This document shows positions 11,985 through 23,828 of a DNA stretch of 64,000 nt, in pieces (position 1 is the stretch's first letter; the number at the start of each line of letters is the position of its first letter). The position numbers and the translations under genes were made by a program. This DNA is from Eledone cirrhosa (taxonomy: Eukaryota). The stretch is taken from NCBI GenBank assembly GCA_964016885.1, contig OZ024741.1, positions 276,148,001-276,212,000 of the forward strand. Direction: 5' to 3'. Under the pieces are notes generated by a model. It searched no databases. It had not been told where the DNA came from and worked only from the letters and a program-made list of their open reading frames with translations.

Positions 11985-13008
11985 TGCAAAGGACAATGTG
12001 GTATGGTTCTTTTTTTGTTCCTCTCAAAATATTGCTACCCTAATGTCTCTATACGAATGCCCAAGTATTTGTGTTCGGATAAAGGGTGCTAGATTGAAGC
12101 CGTTCAATGTGAGAGTCAGACTCCACCAAGGATGTGTACTATCACCTCTCCTGTTCATTATTTACATGAACAGGATTGACATGTGCAGTCAGGTTGGAGT
12201 AGGTATCACGACTGACAGGTGTAAAACCAGTTGGGTGAAAATAGCAGCTGACATGGTGTTATTTAACTCAACAGAAGACGATCTCCGACTTGCACTTGAT
12301 AGGTTTGCTGCTGAGTACTGCATGGCTGGAATGAAAATCAGTGCTGCAAAATCTAAGACACTCGTCCGTTCAAGGAAGCCTGTGCAGTGCACTCTACATG
12401 TGAATGAAATTCCACTGAAGCTGGTGGAGAAGTTCAAGTATCTTGGAGACGTATTCACAAGTGATGGAAGGCAGGACGCTGAATTAAATGCAAAAATAAC
12501 AGGAGCTGGTGCAGTAATGCACCAGCTTCAGCACTCGGCAATCATTAGAGGGGGGGGGGGTGTAAAAGCTTAACTCGCTATCTTTAATTCCATATTCATG
12601 CCAACCCTTACCTATAGTCATGAATCTTGGGTAATGACCGAAAGAATATGAACATGAATATAAGCAGCCAAAATGGGGTTCCTCCAAAGGGTCTTTGGGG
12701 TAATGTTACTCGATTGAGTGTATAGATCAGAGAGTCACTCCAAGTAGAGCCGCTACTTCTCCAAATTAAGAGATCACAGCTCTGATAGTATGGTTAGAAT
12801 GTCTCAGAAACAGATTTTATGGGCAAAACCAACCGGCAGGAGACACAGGGGTAGACCCCAAGCAAGATGGTTGGATAACATTCATGAGCTTGGATGGTCT
12901 CGTTTGGGGACCAGCCAGATCAGTTGAAGATGATTGCTTCTGACAGGGCCTGTGAAAGGAGTGTTTGAGGACTCTGTCCCCACAACGCCCTCAGGAATAA
13001 GTGGGCGA
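11985..13008 (+). mobile_element. Second RTE-type (Expander/Rex3-like) LINE, RT fragment; another 3' piece at 10495-10720
   Basis: LHQGCVLSPLLFIIYM, AADMVLF, GMKISAAKSK, FKYLG; stops and frameshifts downstream. Confidence 0.88.
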
Positions 13009-13199
13009 AAAAGGTGCTCATTAGTGTAGTAGTTAACACATTTGCCTGGCACTCAAGAAATTTGGGTTTAATTAATCACAGGTGCCTCAGTACATCTCCA
13101 GGGGTTCTTTACCTGATTTTATTAACTATTATTTATAGTGGTTGACTATTATCAAGGTGATTTATGTCAAGGTTATATATATATATATCCTATATATAT

Positions 13200-14345
13200 A
13201 TCATCATCATCACCGTTTTACATGTTGTTCCGCGCTAGCATGGGTTAGACGGGTTGTCCTGTTGTGGGTAGTATCCAGTCGGCTGACCTTGTCTTGCTCA
13301 TACGGGAACTGATTCTGGCTTGATTTCTACAGCTGGATGCCCTTCCTAACACCAACCTCATTTACAGTGAGTGCTGGGTGCTTTTTTTCCGTGGCGCCTA
13401 CACGTCCACTTTACAGTGTGGGCTGGGTGCTTTTTTGCCATGGCACCTCCACGGCCACTTTGCAGTGTGGGGGCATATTGTCTATATGCTTCAGCTTCAG
13501 CTTGTTCCTGTGTGATGCCAGAGGTCACGATCGTGTGTCATTGCCCTTGAGAGGTGCAATTGGGTAAGGTCGGCCTTTATCATTTCATCCCAGGTCTTCT
13601 TGGGTCTCCCCACTCCGCGGCTTCCATCAACTTCTAGTGCTCTGCACCTTTTTATGCAGCTGTCATCCTTCATACGCATCACATGTCTATACCAACATAA
13701 CCTCCTCTCCTGCACACAGCATTTGATTCCTCTTATGCTCAGTCTCTCTCTCAATTCGTTTATGCTTTGCCGTTCGAGTATATTACTATTACACATCCAT
13801 TGGAGCATGCAAGCTTCATTTCTTTCTAATCTACGCAAGTCTTCTACAGACAGCACCCAGGTCTCACTACCATGTAACATTGTTGTTCGTATACACTCAT
13901 TATACAGTCTGCCTTTCATTTTGAGGGAAAAGCCTTTTGCAGCTAGCAGTGGCTCCCTGAACTTCTTCCATCCTGTTCTTACCCCAGTTATTGTACTTTC
14001 CGAACACTCACCTCCGCTGCTAATTCAGGCACCTAGATAGCAGAAGCTGTCTACTGTTTCTACAGAGGCCGCCCAGAGTTTGGTGGTGCTTATTTCCTAT
14101 GGTCGTTTGCTGCTTGCTGTCCCAGCACAGCTGCTACATGTAAAGCCTACATTCTTAGTTAAACTTCCTGAGATCCCACTACATCTCTTGTGTACCCATT
14201 GTTTGCATATGGGGCAGAGAATAGAGTTCCTACCTACACCTTTCCTATATATTGAGCAAGGCCATTTCCCTGAAGGGATCCGGATTCTGTTTTCTCATCT
14301 ACTCACAAAAACCTTAGTCTTTGTCAGGTTGATTTTGAGACTCTT
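13200..14345 (-). mobile_element. RTE-clade LINE, 5'-truncated, with PHD-like insert and repeated 3' UTR
   Basis: ORF 13497-13919 (MLHGSETW...GRPKKTW); (CAT)n tail at 13200; same family as 57975-59250 and 62870-63970. Confidence 0.92.
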
Positions 14346-14474
14346 TCTTTCTATATATATCATCATCATCATCGTTTAACGTCTATCTTCCACGCTTGCC
14401 TCAAGTCCCACTTGAGACAAGACTGGTCGTCTCACTCATATAGGACTGCCTGGCAGGTTTTCTACGGCTGGAAT

Positions 14475-15260
14475 CAAAAGCTCATCGGACCTCTGCAGTT
14501 GTAATAATGTTTTGCGTTCATATGGTGGTCACTTTATGTTGTTTCGATTGGTTTAGCTATAAGGAATGTTTTGGCATGAGTGATAGGTGGGGGAGGCGAT
14601 GGTTGATGTGAGTTGCGGAGGTGTGGTGTTTTAGCTCATCATAGACATTTCGGCGTGAAAGTGGTGAGGCAGAGGTGCTGTGTGTGGTGTCGATGTGGTA
14701 GGGATGTGTGTGATAAGACATGAAAGAATGTGATGCTGTACTAGGGGTAGGGGTGTTTCTGCTGGCCATCAGTTTGTCACGGAAGAGAGTGGAAAGGGAG
14801 GGGAGACATAAGGGAGGTAGGTTATACTAGGTTGGGGTGGGGTTTATTTGTAAGCTGTTTAGACATCGTTAAAGGGGATTTGCGCTCTAAAGAATTAATG
14901 AAGTAATGAATTATAGTATGAGGGTAGTGTTTGAAAAGACTATAAAAAAAATTTTTGAAAAGGTTGCTAAAAAAACTGGGTAGGAGCAAGATACCGGTGC
15001 AGTACATATTGTGTGAAAAGAATATAAAAAGGAATATATATATACATGTGTACACACACACCCAGAGACTTACGTGCATGCACACAACCACACATGAAAC
15101 AATGTAAATATATATACACTCATACATCACCCCACACACGCATACACAGAAGATACACGGACCCACACAGACATACATTACTAGATACATTTGCTCGTAG
15201 AAGGGGATATGGAATGTCCATATTGGTTATCCTGTACTCCTGCATTGGCATAACGTGCTC
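14475..15260 (-). mobile_element. Highly degraded element, possibly Penelope-like
   Basis: Only weak similarity (HYPHTIIHYFINSL-type segment). Confidence 0.3.
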
Positions 15261-15443
15261 ACATGTATATTGTACAAATTATAGGTAGTTTCGGACACAC
15301 TGTCACATGCACGCATCGTACACACATCTGCGTCTCCGCATATGTACATGCATATGTAAAATAGTAAAAGGAATGGTGATTAATATGAGGACAAGTGGAA
15401 AAAATTTCAGATTTCCTATTTAATAAATTTAATTTAGAATAAA

Positions 15444-16603
15444 CTAGCAGCAGTACCTGGCATTGCATAGGGTAGGAAACGTGAAATAGCAACACGCATG
15501 TGCAAAGATAGAGGAATGTAGGTGCATACTTTTTGAATTCCCTTATTCTCAGGGATTGAATCTTCATCTACTGGAAACGTAGAACACCAGCAGACCGAAT
15601 CCAGTAGTAGCAGTGTCAGTGGGCTGATTGCGGAAATCCTGTATGCGAAAGGAGTAAGTAAGTGTTGTGGGGCGATGTATGTCATAAGTCTGTTTCGAAA
15701 TTATGCCACAGATGGGGAACACACGTCAGTCTGAAGGAGAGACGTAGTCCATTGTGTGAAAACCAAGTAGAGATATATACGTTTAAGTAGGGATATTGAG
15801 ATGACGAAACAGCGTGGCAATGCAGCTGCAGCAGAAGGGTGTCATAGTGCAATTAGCACAAATGCTGGGCGGCACTGGTTGCAGTGCGTTTACACAGCAA
15901 CAAAGGTGCAACAAAAGGGCTCACTGCAGAATTAGCACAACCGCTGTTTGGTGTACTTGCGCAGGGCGTTCATACTGTGGTGTAGGTGCGACAAAAGGGG
16001 TCTTAGTAGAAGTAGCACAGACGTGAGTTTTACGGTGTCAATAACACGGTAACGTACACAGGCCCCGGATTTGCGTGTGATGAAAGCACGAAGCGTCAAC
16101 AGGGTGCCGACAAAAATTTTAAGGTCCTCCTCATTTCCTCGATTCCCCGAAAATGGTCCTGCTTAAAAGTAAGTAAGTGTTGCCCTCTGTTAAATAAACC
16201 AAATCTTTAACGAAATATTATATGCTACTTACGATGTTTAAGTAGCGTTTATATTGAAAATTAAAATAGCATGTAATGCCCAATGCTAATTCGTAAATTT
16301 CCTATAAACCATTAATGGAATCCGAAATCTTCACAGCAATGCGAGGGAACTAACTAATGTGTGCTGCAAATTTCGAGGAAATTGGCTGGATTATCTTTAA
16401 GTTACACCTCAAAAAAGCCTAAAAATGCCTTTAAAATGCTGTTTTTCGCCCAATGCAGACCCTAGGGCAGAAAAAGTTAAAATCTGTTTAGCCCATTGCA
16501 CTTCAAGAAATATAAGTAACGCATGTGTAAAGTTTGAAAAAAATCGGTCAGGTACTTTTCGAGTTTTAGGGATTTACACAGACAGACATCCTTTGTTTTA
16601 TAG
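15444..16603 (-). mobile_element. Non-autonomous Helitron-like element
   Basis: Minus 3' end ...ACCCTATGCAATGCCAGGTACTGCTGCTAG|T (degenerate hairpin plus CTAG); 5' region has CTGT repeat and CCGATTTTTTTCAAACTT motif; extreme 5' end abuts a SINE. Confidence 0.6.
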
Positions 16604-17056
16604 CAATTACCCAGTACATTACTGGTACTTTATTTTATCGACCCCGTGAGGATGAAAGGCAAAGTTAACCTCGGCGGTATTTGAACTCAGACCGTAAAGG
16701 GACGTAACTCCATGTTATGAAGCATGGTGTCCGACTCTCTACAGATTCTGCCAATCCACCGCCCTAATGTCTGTACGTAATGAGGGAGTGAGAGGGGAGA
16801 GAAAGAAAGGCAGAGGTGAAGTGACGAAGTGACTCTCTCCTCCTCCTCCTCCTCCTCCTCCTCCATCTCCCCATTCGTCACAGCGATAGAGGGGAGGAAT
16901 GTTAGTGTGTTACAAAGAGAAAGAGTGAGAGTGAGAGAAACAGACAGACTAAAAGAGAGGGATAGCTGGAGAGAGAGAGAGATAGCAACCACGCGCGCAC
17001 GTGTTTCCAGTCGGACAGACAGACAGAGAAATTGCTGGTTATATATTATAAGGAGA
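16603..17056 (-). mobile_element. Composite of a Helitron-like 5' segment and a tRNA-SINE (copy 1)
   Basis: Minus start A|TCTCCTTATAATATATAACC...TCTGTCTGTCTGTC, then SINE; near-identical to 19550-19982. Confidence 0.6.
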
Positions 17057-17131
17057 TTAGCAGAAAACCACCCGGTGGGTGGTTTTCTGCTAGTCGATAT
17101 ATATTTAACACACACACAAACACAAACACAG

Positions 17132-17162
<31 letters not shown>

Positions 17163-17289
17163 CACCCATGTTCATATTTTGAGATGCATTATTCTCAAAT
17201 CAGATTATTATCTCTGACAGGAAGAACCAGTTTATAATTTTTAAGAAAAATTAAGCATACAGACATATTTTAGGAAACTTATGAATTCC

Positions 17290-17483
17290 TGTACACACAC
17301 ACACACACACTTACACACAGACACACGCACAGACAGACACACACGCATACAGACACATACGCTAACACACACATACCATACACACACTCATACATACGCA
17401 TATGCACACACGCTAACACACACATACACACTTAAACCTATATATATGTATATATATAGAGAGACATATAATATACATATATA

Positions 17484-17538
<55 letters not shown>

Positions 17539-17880
17539 CACACACACACACACATAACACACACCCATATATAAAACACACACGCATACACACACACATA
17601 TAACACACACACACATATATAACACACACACACATATATAACACACACACACACACACACACATACACACACACATATAACACACACATAATACACACAC
17701 ACACACATACACACATATAACACACACACACACGCATACACACACATATAACACACACACACACACACACACATACATACACACATATAACACACACACA
17801 TAATACACACACACACGCATACACACACATATAACACACACACACACACGCATACACACATATATATATATATATATTAT
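17290..17880. repeat. Compound (CA)n/(TA)n microsatellite
   Basis: Visible directly. Confidence 0.95.
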
Positions 17881-18202
17881 ATGCTCAGCCCCAGTGAGTT
17901 GGTTAAAACACCAAAAGCCAGTCTTAAAGTTGTTGTCTGTAAATTCAAAGAACTCGGCTGTGTCTGGCTAGATCTCCATGGTAACTACTCCAAGGTCACG
18001 CGTGCCATGGCTGGGAACGCAGGTGTCACGTGCTGGCCTAGAACGCTGGTTGTTGGAATCAGTGGTCGACGACATAACATATATATTATATGTGTGTGGA
18101 ATAGTATAAATATTTCTTCGTATTTACTAACATATATATATATATATTATATATTATATATACATACATTATATATATATTATTAATATATTACATACGT
18201 AC

Positions 18203-18248
<46 letters not shown>

Positions 18249-18317
18249 TAAAATAAAAGATTAAAGTTTAAGCAAAGAATCGCTGCTTTCACCCTTAACA
18301 GGATCTTCTGAAACTAA

Positions 18318-18354
<37 letters not shown>

Positions 18355-18485
18355 GTGAGGTTTTTTTTACAAAATGAAAAATAACCGAGGTGTCCTACAC
18401 GAGTGAAAGTATAAAGAAAAAGAGATGAAATCGAAAATGCAACTGGAGTCTTATTTTTTTTAAAAATATATATATTTATTTAGTT

Positions 18486-18523
18486 CCTTTACCGGTTTCG
18501 CAGTTCTTCTGCTTTTCAAAAGG
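18486..18523 (-). ncRNA. Minimal type I hammerhead ribozyme, U3:A8 core variant
   Basis: CCTT-TTGAAAA-GCAG aagaa CTGC-GAAA-CCGG-TA-AAGG. Confidence 0.65.
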
Positions 18524-18575
18524 TGAGTTGAGATGGAGGGTCTGGGGTTTTTCTCAAACCCTCCATCTCAACTCA

Positions 18576-18613
18576 CCTTTTGAAAAGTAGAAGAACTGCG
18601 AAACCGGTAAAGG
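18576..18613 (+). ncRNA. Minimal type I hammerhead ribozyme, U3:A8 core variant
   Basis: CCTT-TTGAAAA-GTAG aagaa CTGC-GAAA-CCGG-TA-AAGG. Confidence 0.65.
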
Positions 18614-18745
18614 AACCAAATAAATATATATATTTTTAAAAAAAATAAGACTCCAGTTGCATTTTCGATTTCATCTCTTTTTCTTATATATATATATATA
18701 TATACGATATTAAACAAATGGAAACTATATTTATAAAACCATATT

Positions 18746-18811
18746 TATTTCATTATACATATTTCTGGGATACCATATTAAAAATATGGCATGCCTTCGT
18801 CAGATAAAATA
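18746..18811 (-). ncRNA. Type I hammerhead in a Penelope pseudo-LTR (family shared with 26288-26352)
   Basis: TATTTTAT-CTGACGA-AGGCATGCCATAT tttta ATATGGTATCCCA-GAAA-TATGTA-TA-ATGAAATA. Confidence 0.65.
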
Positions 18812-18939
18812 CAATATATAAACAGTTTTATAAATAATTTTGACATACCATATTATAAGCGACCATTAAAATAGGAACCTTTGCATATATATATATATAT
18901 TCCTGGTGATTTCTCAAGAATGAAACAGTTCTAGTCTAT

Positions 18940-19198
18940 ATATTACACACACAGAAATGTATATATATTTCTGTGTGTGTATATATATATATATTACACA
19001 CACAGAAATGTATATATATTTCTGTGTGTATATATATATATTTCTGTGTGTGTATATATATATATATTACACACACAAAAATGTATATATATTTCTGTGT
19101 GTATATATATATATATTACACACACAGAAATGTATATATATTTCTGTGTGTGTATATATATATATATATTACACACACAGAAATGTATATATATTTCT
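18940..19198. repeat. AT-rich minisatellite (ATTACACACACAGAAATGTATATATATTTCTGTGTG...) with internally palindromic units
   Basis: About 5 units, each containing CACACAGAAAT...ATTTCTGTGTG. Confidence 0.85.
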
Positions 19199-19277
19199 TA
19201 GAACAAAATTATTATTAATGTTTTGCTGTTCATAACAATTGGAATTGAAAAATTACTTTTGAAATTATTAGTTATTT

Positions 19278-19712
19278 TAATAATTGTTTCTACTTTTGGC
19301 ACAAGGCCAGCAATTACCCAGTGTATTACTGGTACTTTATTTTATCGACCACGTAAGGATGAAAGGCAAAGTTAACCTTGGCAGGATTTGAACTCAGAAT
19401 GGCAAGGGCCGTAACTCTATGCGTTAAAGCATGGCGTCTGACCCTCTACCGATACTGCCAATCCCCCGCCATTAGTTATTTTAATAATGCTTAGATATGT
19501 AAAAATGAAGCAATGTTTCTAATAATTGTTTCTACTTTTGGCACAAGGCCAGCAATTACCCAGTATATTACTGGTACTTTATTTTATCGACCCCGTGAGG
19601 ATGAAAGGCAAAGTTAACCTCGGCGGTATTTGAACTCGGACCGTAAAGGGACATAACTCCATGCTATGAAGCATGGTGTCCGACTCTCTACAGATTCTGC
19701 CAATCCACCGCC
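19278..19712 (-). mobile_element. Two adjacent tRNA-derived SINEs (Nin/Deu-like domain, (ATT)n tail)
   Basis: Minus TGGCAGxATCGGTAG (A box), GAGTTCAAAT (B box), GCCTTTCATCCTTACGGGGTCGATAAAATAAAGTACCAG. Confidence 0.85.
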
Positions 19713-19982
19713 CTAATGTCTGTACGTAATGAGGGAGTGAGAGGGGAGAGAAAGAAAGGCAGAGGTGAAGTGACGAAGTGACTCTCCTCCTCCTCCTCCT
19801 CCTCATTCGTCACAGCGATAGAGGGGAGGAATGTTAGTGTGTTACAAAGAGTGAGAGTGAGAGAAACAGACAGACTAAAAGAGAGGGATAGCTGGAGAGA
19901 GAGAGATAGCAACCACGCGCGCACGTGTTTCCACTGTCGAACAGACAGACAGAGAAATTGCTGGTTATATATTATAAGGAGA
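19550..19982 (-). mobile_element. Composite Helitron-like 5' segment plus SINE (copy 2)
   Basis: Direct duplicate of 16603-17056. Confidence 0.6.
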
Positions 19983-19999
19983 TATTAGTATGGGACTCA

Positions 20000-20990
20000 A
20001 GAAGGCAAAGGTTACAAAATTTATTGAGAGGTTTATAAGAAGTTTTTGCAATCCCATTCCATGTCAGGGTACTCTTCAGAAATGATATGAAACTAGATAA
20101 AGAGATTGCATGCTTAAACTTGACAGTATGAAGATGGGAATTATACCTCTATATTTGATCTTTATTTTGCTGAGTATACTTATTCAACCTTTGAATGGTT
20201 TGAAAAATAATAGTTTATTTTTATTACTGAATTATGCAGTCAAATATTTTATATTCATTATTAAAAATATCTTTTGGAGATGTATTTTTATATTTTTAAA
20301 TTTATATTTGAACTGCACACCTGCTCTTATTAACTTTATAAATTTTTTAAATGCTTATGATATATGTTTATTTACTGATTATGATATATGTCTTGCACTA
20401 TACTTAACCTTTCTATAGCAGCATGTTTTTGTATAGCAGCATGTTTCTGTATAGCAGCATGTTTTGTATAGCAGCATGTTTTTAAAATTTTTAATGCTTT
20501 TAGCTGCTCCTAATTTTATTGCATTTATATACTCATATTTTTCATATGCTTTTGATAGCTTTTCTTATATAAATGTTCATACTTATGTTTACTTCCCATA
20601 TTATGTATCCTCCTAATGTTCTTATGACAAACTTCTAATATTATATTTGTGTTTTAACCTTTATTATATACTCTAATGATTCCGGCCTTGTGCAAGGATG
20701 AAACGATAAGTGGTTAAATGTTTTAAACACTCTTTGATTGTTATTTATAATGTATTTCGGCTCTGTTTGTAATATACTTGTTATTTTACATTGAGGTATT
20801 CTCATACTTGTAATTGGATAATATTTAATATTACCCACATTATATATATAACATTAACAAAGATGCTGATGTTACATAAATTGTTTATTCATTATAATTA
20901 TTTCAACGGTTCTCCCATGCAGTCAAGGTGTAATCCATGCATTTGTTGTTGTTATGAGAATGGTATCCTCACAGGAAAAACACGTCCTTC
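20000..20990 (-). mobile_element. Degraded Penelope-like element with a decayed hammerhead (~20040-20085)
   Basis: KTFNHLSFHP (YLxFxSxHP-like) and IRRIHN segments; CTGAAGA-GTACCC...GGGATTGC-AAAA. Confidence 0.5.
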
Positions 20991-21079
20991 TGCTCATGGA
21001 TCCAGCAGAATATATATATATCCTCTCTCTCTCTCTCTCTCTCTCTATCTATATATATATATATATATATATAGGACGT

Positions 21080-22445
21080 CATAATGCTGAACAGGAATAC
21101 AAACTGCATGAATCATATCAATAGATAAAAGCTCAATAAATCATGCAACCATCTCAAGCAGGTGACAAAAAAAGGCGGTGCTTGAATTTGAACAGCACAT
21201 AACAACTAGCCCTGACAGTAAAGTGTTCTGGAAATATGAACATTCACAGCAGAGACCTCACTCTCCAGTTGGTCCTGTTCACAATCCCCACACAAGCCAG
21301 ATTACTGAAGATCCCAAAGTATGTGCAGAACTCGTTGCTGAATGCTATGCAGGCATTTTTACTGTTGAAAACCAAAACGTACCATCTCCATCACCTCTGA
21401 CATCAAATTTTATAACAACTATGGAATTTACACCTGCAATGCTGCGACATCACCTTAAGAATGAGCGCAAGTATGCCTCTCCTGGATGGTGTTACATACC
21501 ACCTTCTCAAAAGTGGTGGGTACTTTCTTCTGCACCAGCTTTCACTCTTCTTTCAATTCTGTCTAAACAACATTGCTATTCCAGAGCAGTGGAAAACTAC
21601 CAATGTCATTCCTCTGTTCAAAAAGGGTGACCACCCGTCGCCTGTCAACTATTGTCCAGTCAGTCTTACTAGCTACATCACCAAACTAATGTAATACTGT
21701 GTCAGAGAAACACTCTGGAACTTCTACATCAAGCTGTAACTTGAGCTAAAAAGGACAGATCCTGAACACTATAGATCTTATCAGCAAACAGACCTGGACA
21801 CAATGTAACAATGGATCATGGACTGGCAACTCAAGCTGGCTGTGGACAAGAGTACCACCATACATTTGGGGAGGAAAAATCCAGTATCCACATACTCCCT
21901 CCACAAAACTAATCTCAAGAAGTCTTCTTGTGAATGTGACCTGGGCATTACTGTCAGCAACGATTTGCGTTGGACAAAGTACATCTCTGAAATTGTCAAG
22001 AAGGCTGAGGGTGTCTTGGCATCACTCATCAAGACCTTTGTCAGCTGCTCTCCAGCTATCTATTTAAAGCTGTATATAGCTATGGTGCGGCCACACTTAG
22101 AATTTGCATCACCAATCTGGAACCCCTATCTTGTTCAGAACATTGACCGCCTGGAAACTGTTCAGAGATGTGCAACCAAGAGAATACCCTCCATCAGGCA
22201 TCTACCATACTCTGCACGCCTTGCTTCCCTAGGCATGGATACATTGAAGCTCGGATGTCTGGCAACTGACTTGTTAAACACCCACAAAATTATTAACCAT
22301 CTTGCCAACAAAAACCCTGAGCACCTTTCGAATTCCATGAGTCTAACACATGTGGGCATGCCTACAAAGACAGAAAACAGTACAGCTTCCATGACTTCTG
22401 GAAACATTTTTTCACTCTCAGAGTTACTGAAGCATGGAACAAATA
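21080..22445 (+). mobile_element. CR1/L2-like LINE with internal deletion
   Basis: IPEQWKTTNVIPLFKKGD..NYCPVSLTS, DLGITVSNDLRW, VRPHLEFASPIWNPY, LETVQRCATKRI. Confidence 0.93.
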
Positions 22446-22450
22446 ATCTC

Positions 22451-22485
<35 letters not shown>

Positions 22486-22560
22486 ATATGTGGTTGACGG
22501 CTGAGAGAAAGGAGTACACAATACCGAAGTATAGTTTTAATATTCATTTGAGGGTAAATA

Positions 22561-22612
22561 GTGATTCTGACGACCCTATGATAAATAGGCGAAACTCCAG
22601 AGTAACAAGACT
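22561..22612 (+). ncRNA. Hammerhead motif with intact core and stems II/III, degenerate stem I
   Basis: CTGACGA-cCCTAT gataa ATAGGc-GAAA-CTC ca GAG-TA. Confidence 0.55.
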
Positions 22613-23432
22613 CGCTAATTAGCCTTAATTAAATGAATATATAACTATGAATGCATGACAGCACAAGCTAATAGCAATGACAGATCCAACGTTGCCTACC
22701 TCGTAGAACACCTTGATAGCATCACCACATCAATTTGCGGATGCTGACAAGTAGGATTGGGTCCACAAACGTGTGGTTTTAAATTTTTAAATTTTCAAAT
22801 TTCTAAATTTTTAAACTCTTAAATTTTTTAATTTTTGATTTCCGATATTCGATTCATGGTGTTTAATTTGCTACTTGGATGATGGACATGATGCTGGTCT
22901 TAAGGTTAATGTCGCAGATAATTGTAATGTTAATTTTGATTTTAATTTTTAATTTTGTCGTTCCATGCCGCTGATATACACACGCACACAACGCATGCCG
23001 CTGGCACATTACAATAATACATACACTCCGCGTGCATTCCATATATATTGTTGTGAAACACATACCCTTTATATTCCATGTATACATCAAACCTATGCAC
23101 ATCTCATATATACTTTTATGAAATGGATGTTACACATAACCACAACATATATAATTTGTTTGTGCACGAACGCATGGCCCACATCTAACCACAAGTAACG
23201 AGACCTGCATCATGCACAGGCTCCCACCCAGTGCCTTAGATCGCCAGTCCCCATGTATATCATATAAACATTTGCACCACAGCCCCCAAGTATTGTATGC
23301 AACTTCATGTACACCCCGATAATGCCCGGTCCCCCTCTGCATCCTTGTCATGTATGCATTCGCTTTTTCCAGCATTTTATTTTATTGTATTTTATCTTAT
23401 TTTATTTTATTATTGAATATATGAAATAATAT

Positions 23433-23828
23433 ACAATAATTGTTTCTACTATTGGCACAAGGCCAGCAATTACCCAGTACATTACTGGTACTTTATTTTA
23501 TCGACCCCGTAAGGATGAAAGGCAAAGTTAACCTCGGCGGGATTTGAACTCAGAATGGCAAGGGTCGTAACTCTATGCGTCAAAGCATGGCATCCGACCC
23601 GCTACCGATACTGCCAATTCACCGCCCCTGAAATAATATACAATAATTGTTTCTACTTTAGGCACAAGGCCAGCAATTACCCAGTGCATTACTGGTACTT
23701 TATTTTATCGACCCCGTAAGGATGAAAGGCAAAGTTAACCTCGGCGGGATTTGAACTCGGATCACAAAGGGACGTAACTATGCTGGAAAGCATGGCGTCC
23801 GACCCTCTACCAATACTGCCAATCCACA
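23433..23828 (-). mobile_element. Tandem pair of tRNA-derived SINEs (Nin/Deu-like)
   Basis: Two full ~190-bp copies; AATATACAATAAT recurs left of, between and right of them. Confidence 0.88.

Larger units (their letters stand above)
18414..18685. repeat. 272-bp near-perfect palindrome, likely inverted Penelope pseudo-LTRs
   Basis: AAGAAAAAGAGATGAAATCG...GATGGAGGG / CCCTCCATC...CGATTTCATCTCTTTTTCTT; arms ~130 bp with about 2 mismatches. Confidence 0.95.

Noticed and set aside
17032-19235. Many Cys/Val/Tyr/Ile/His/Thr-rich ORFs (also 8600-9240 and 31891-32234)
   Set aside because: Translations of (CA)n, (TA)n and minisatellites
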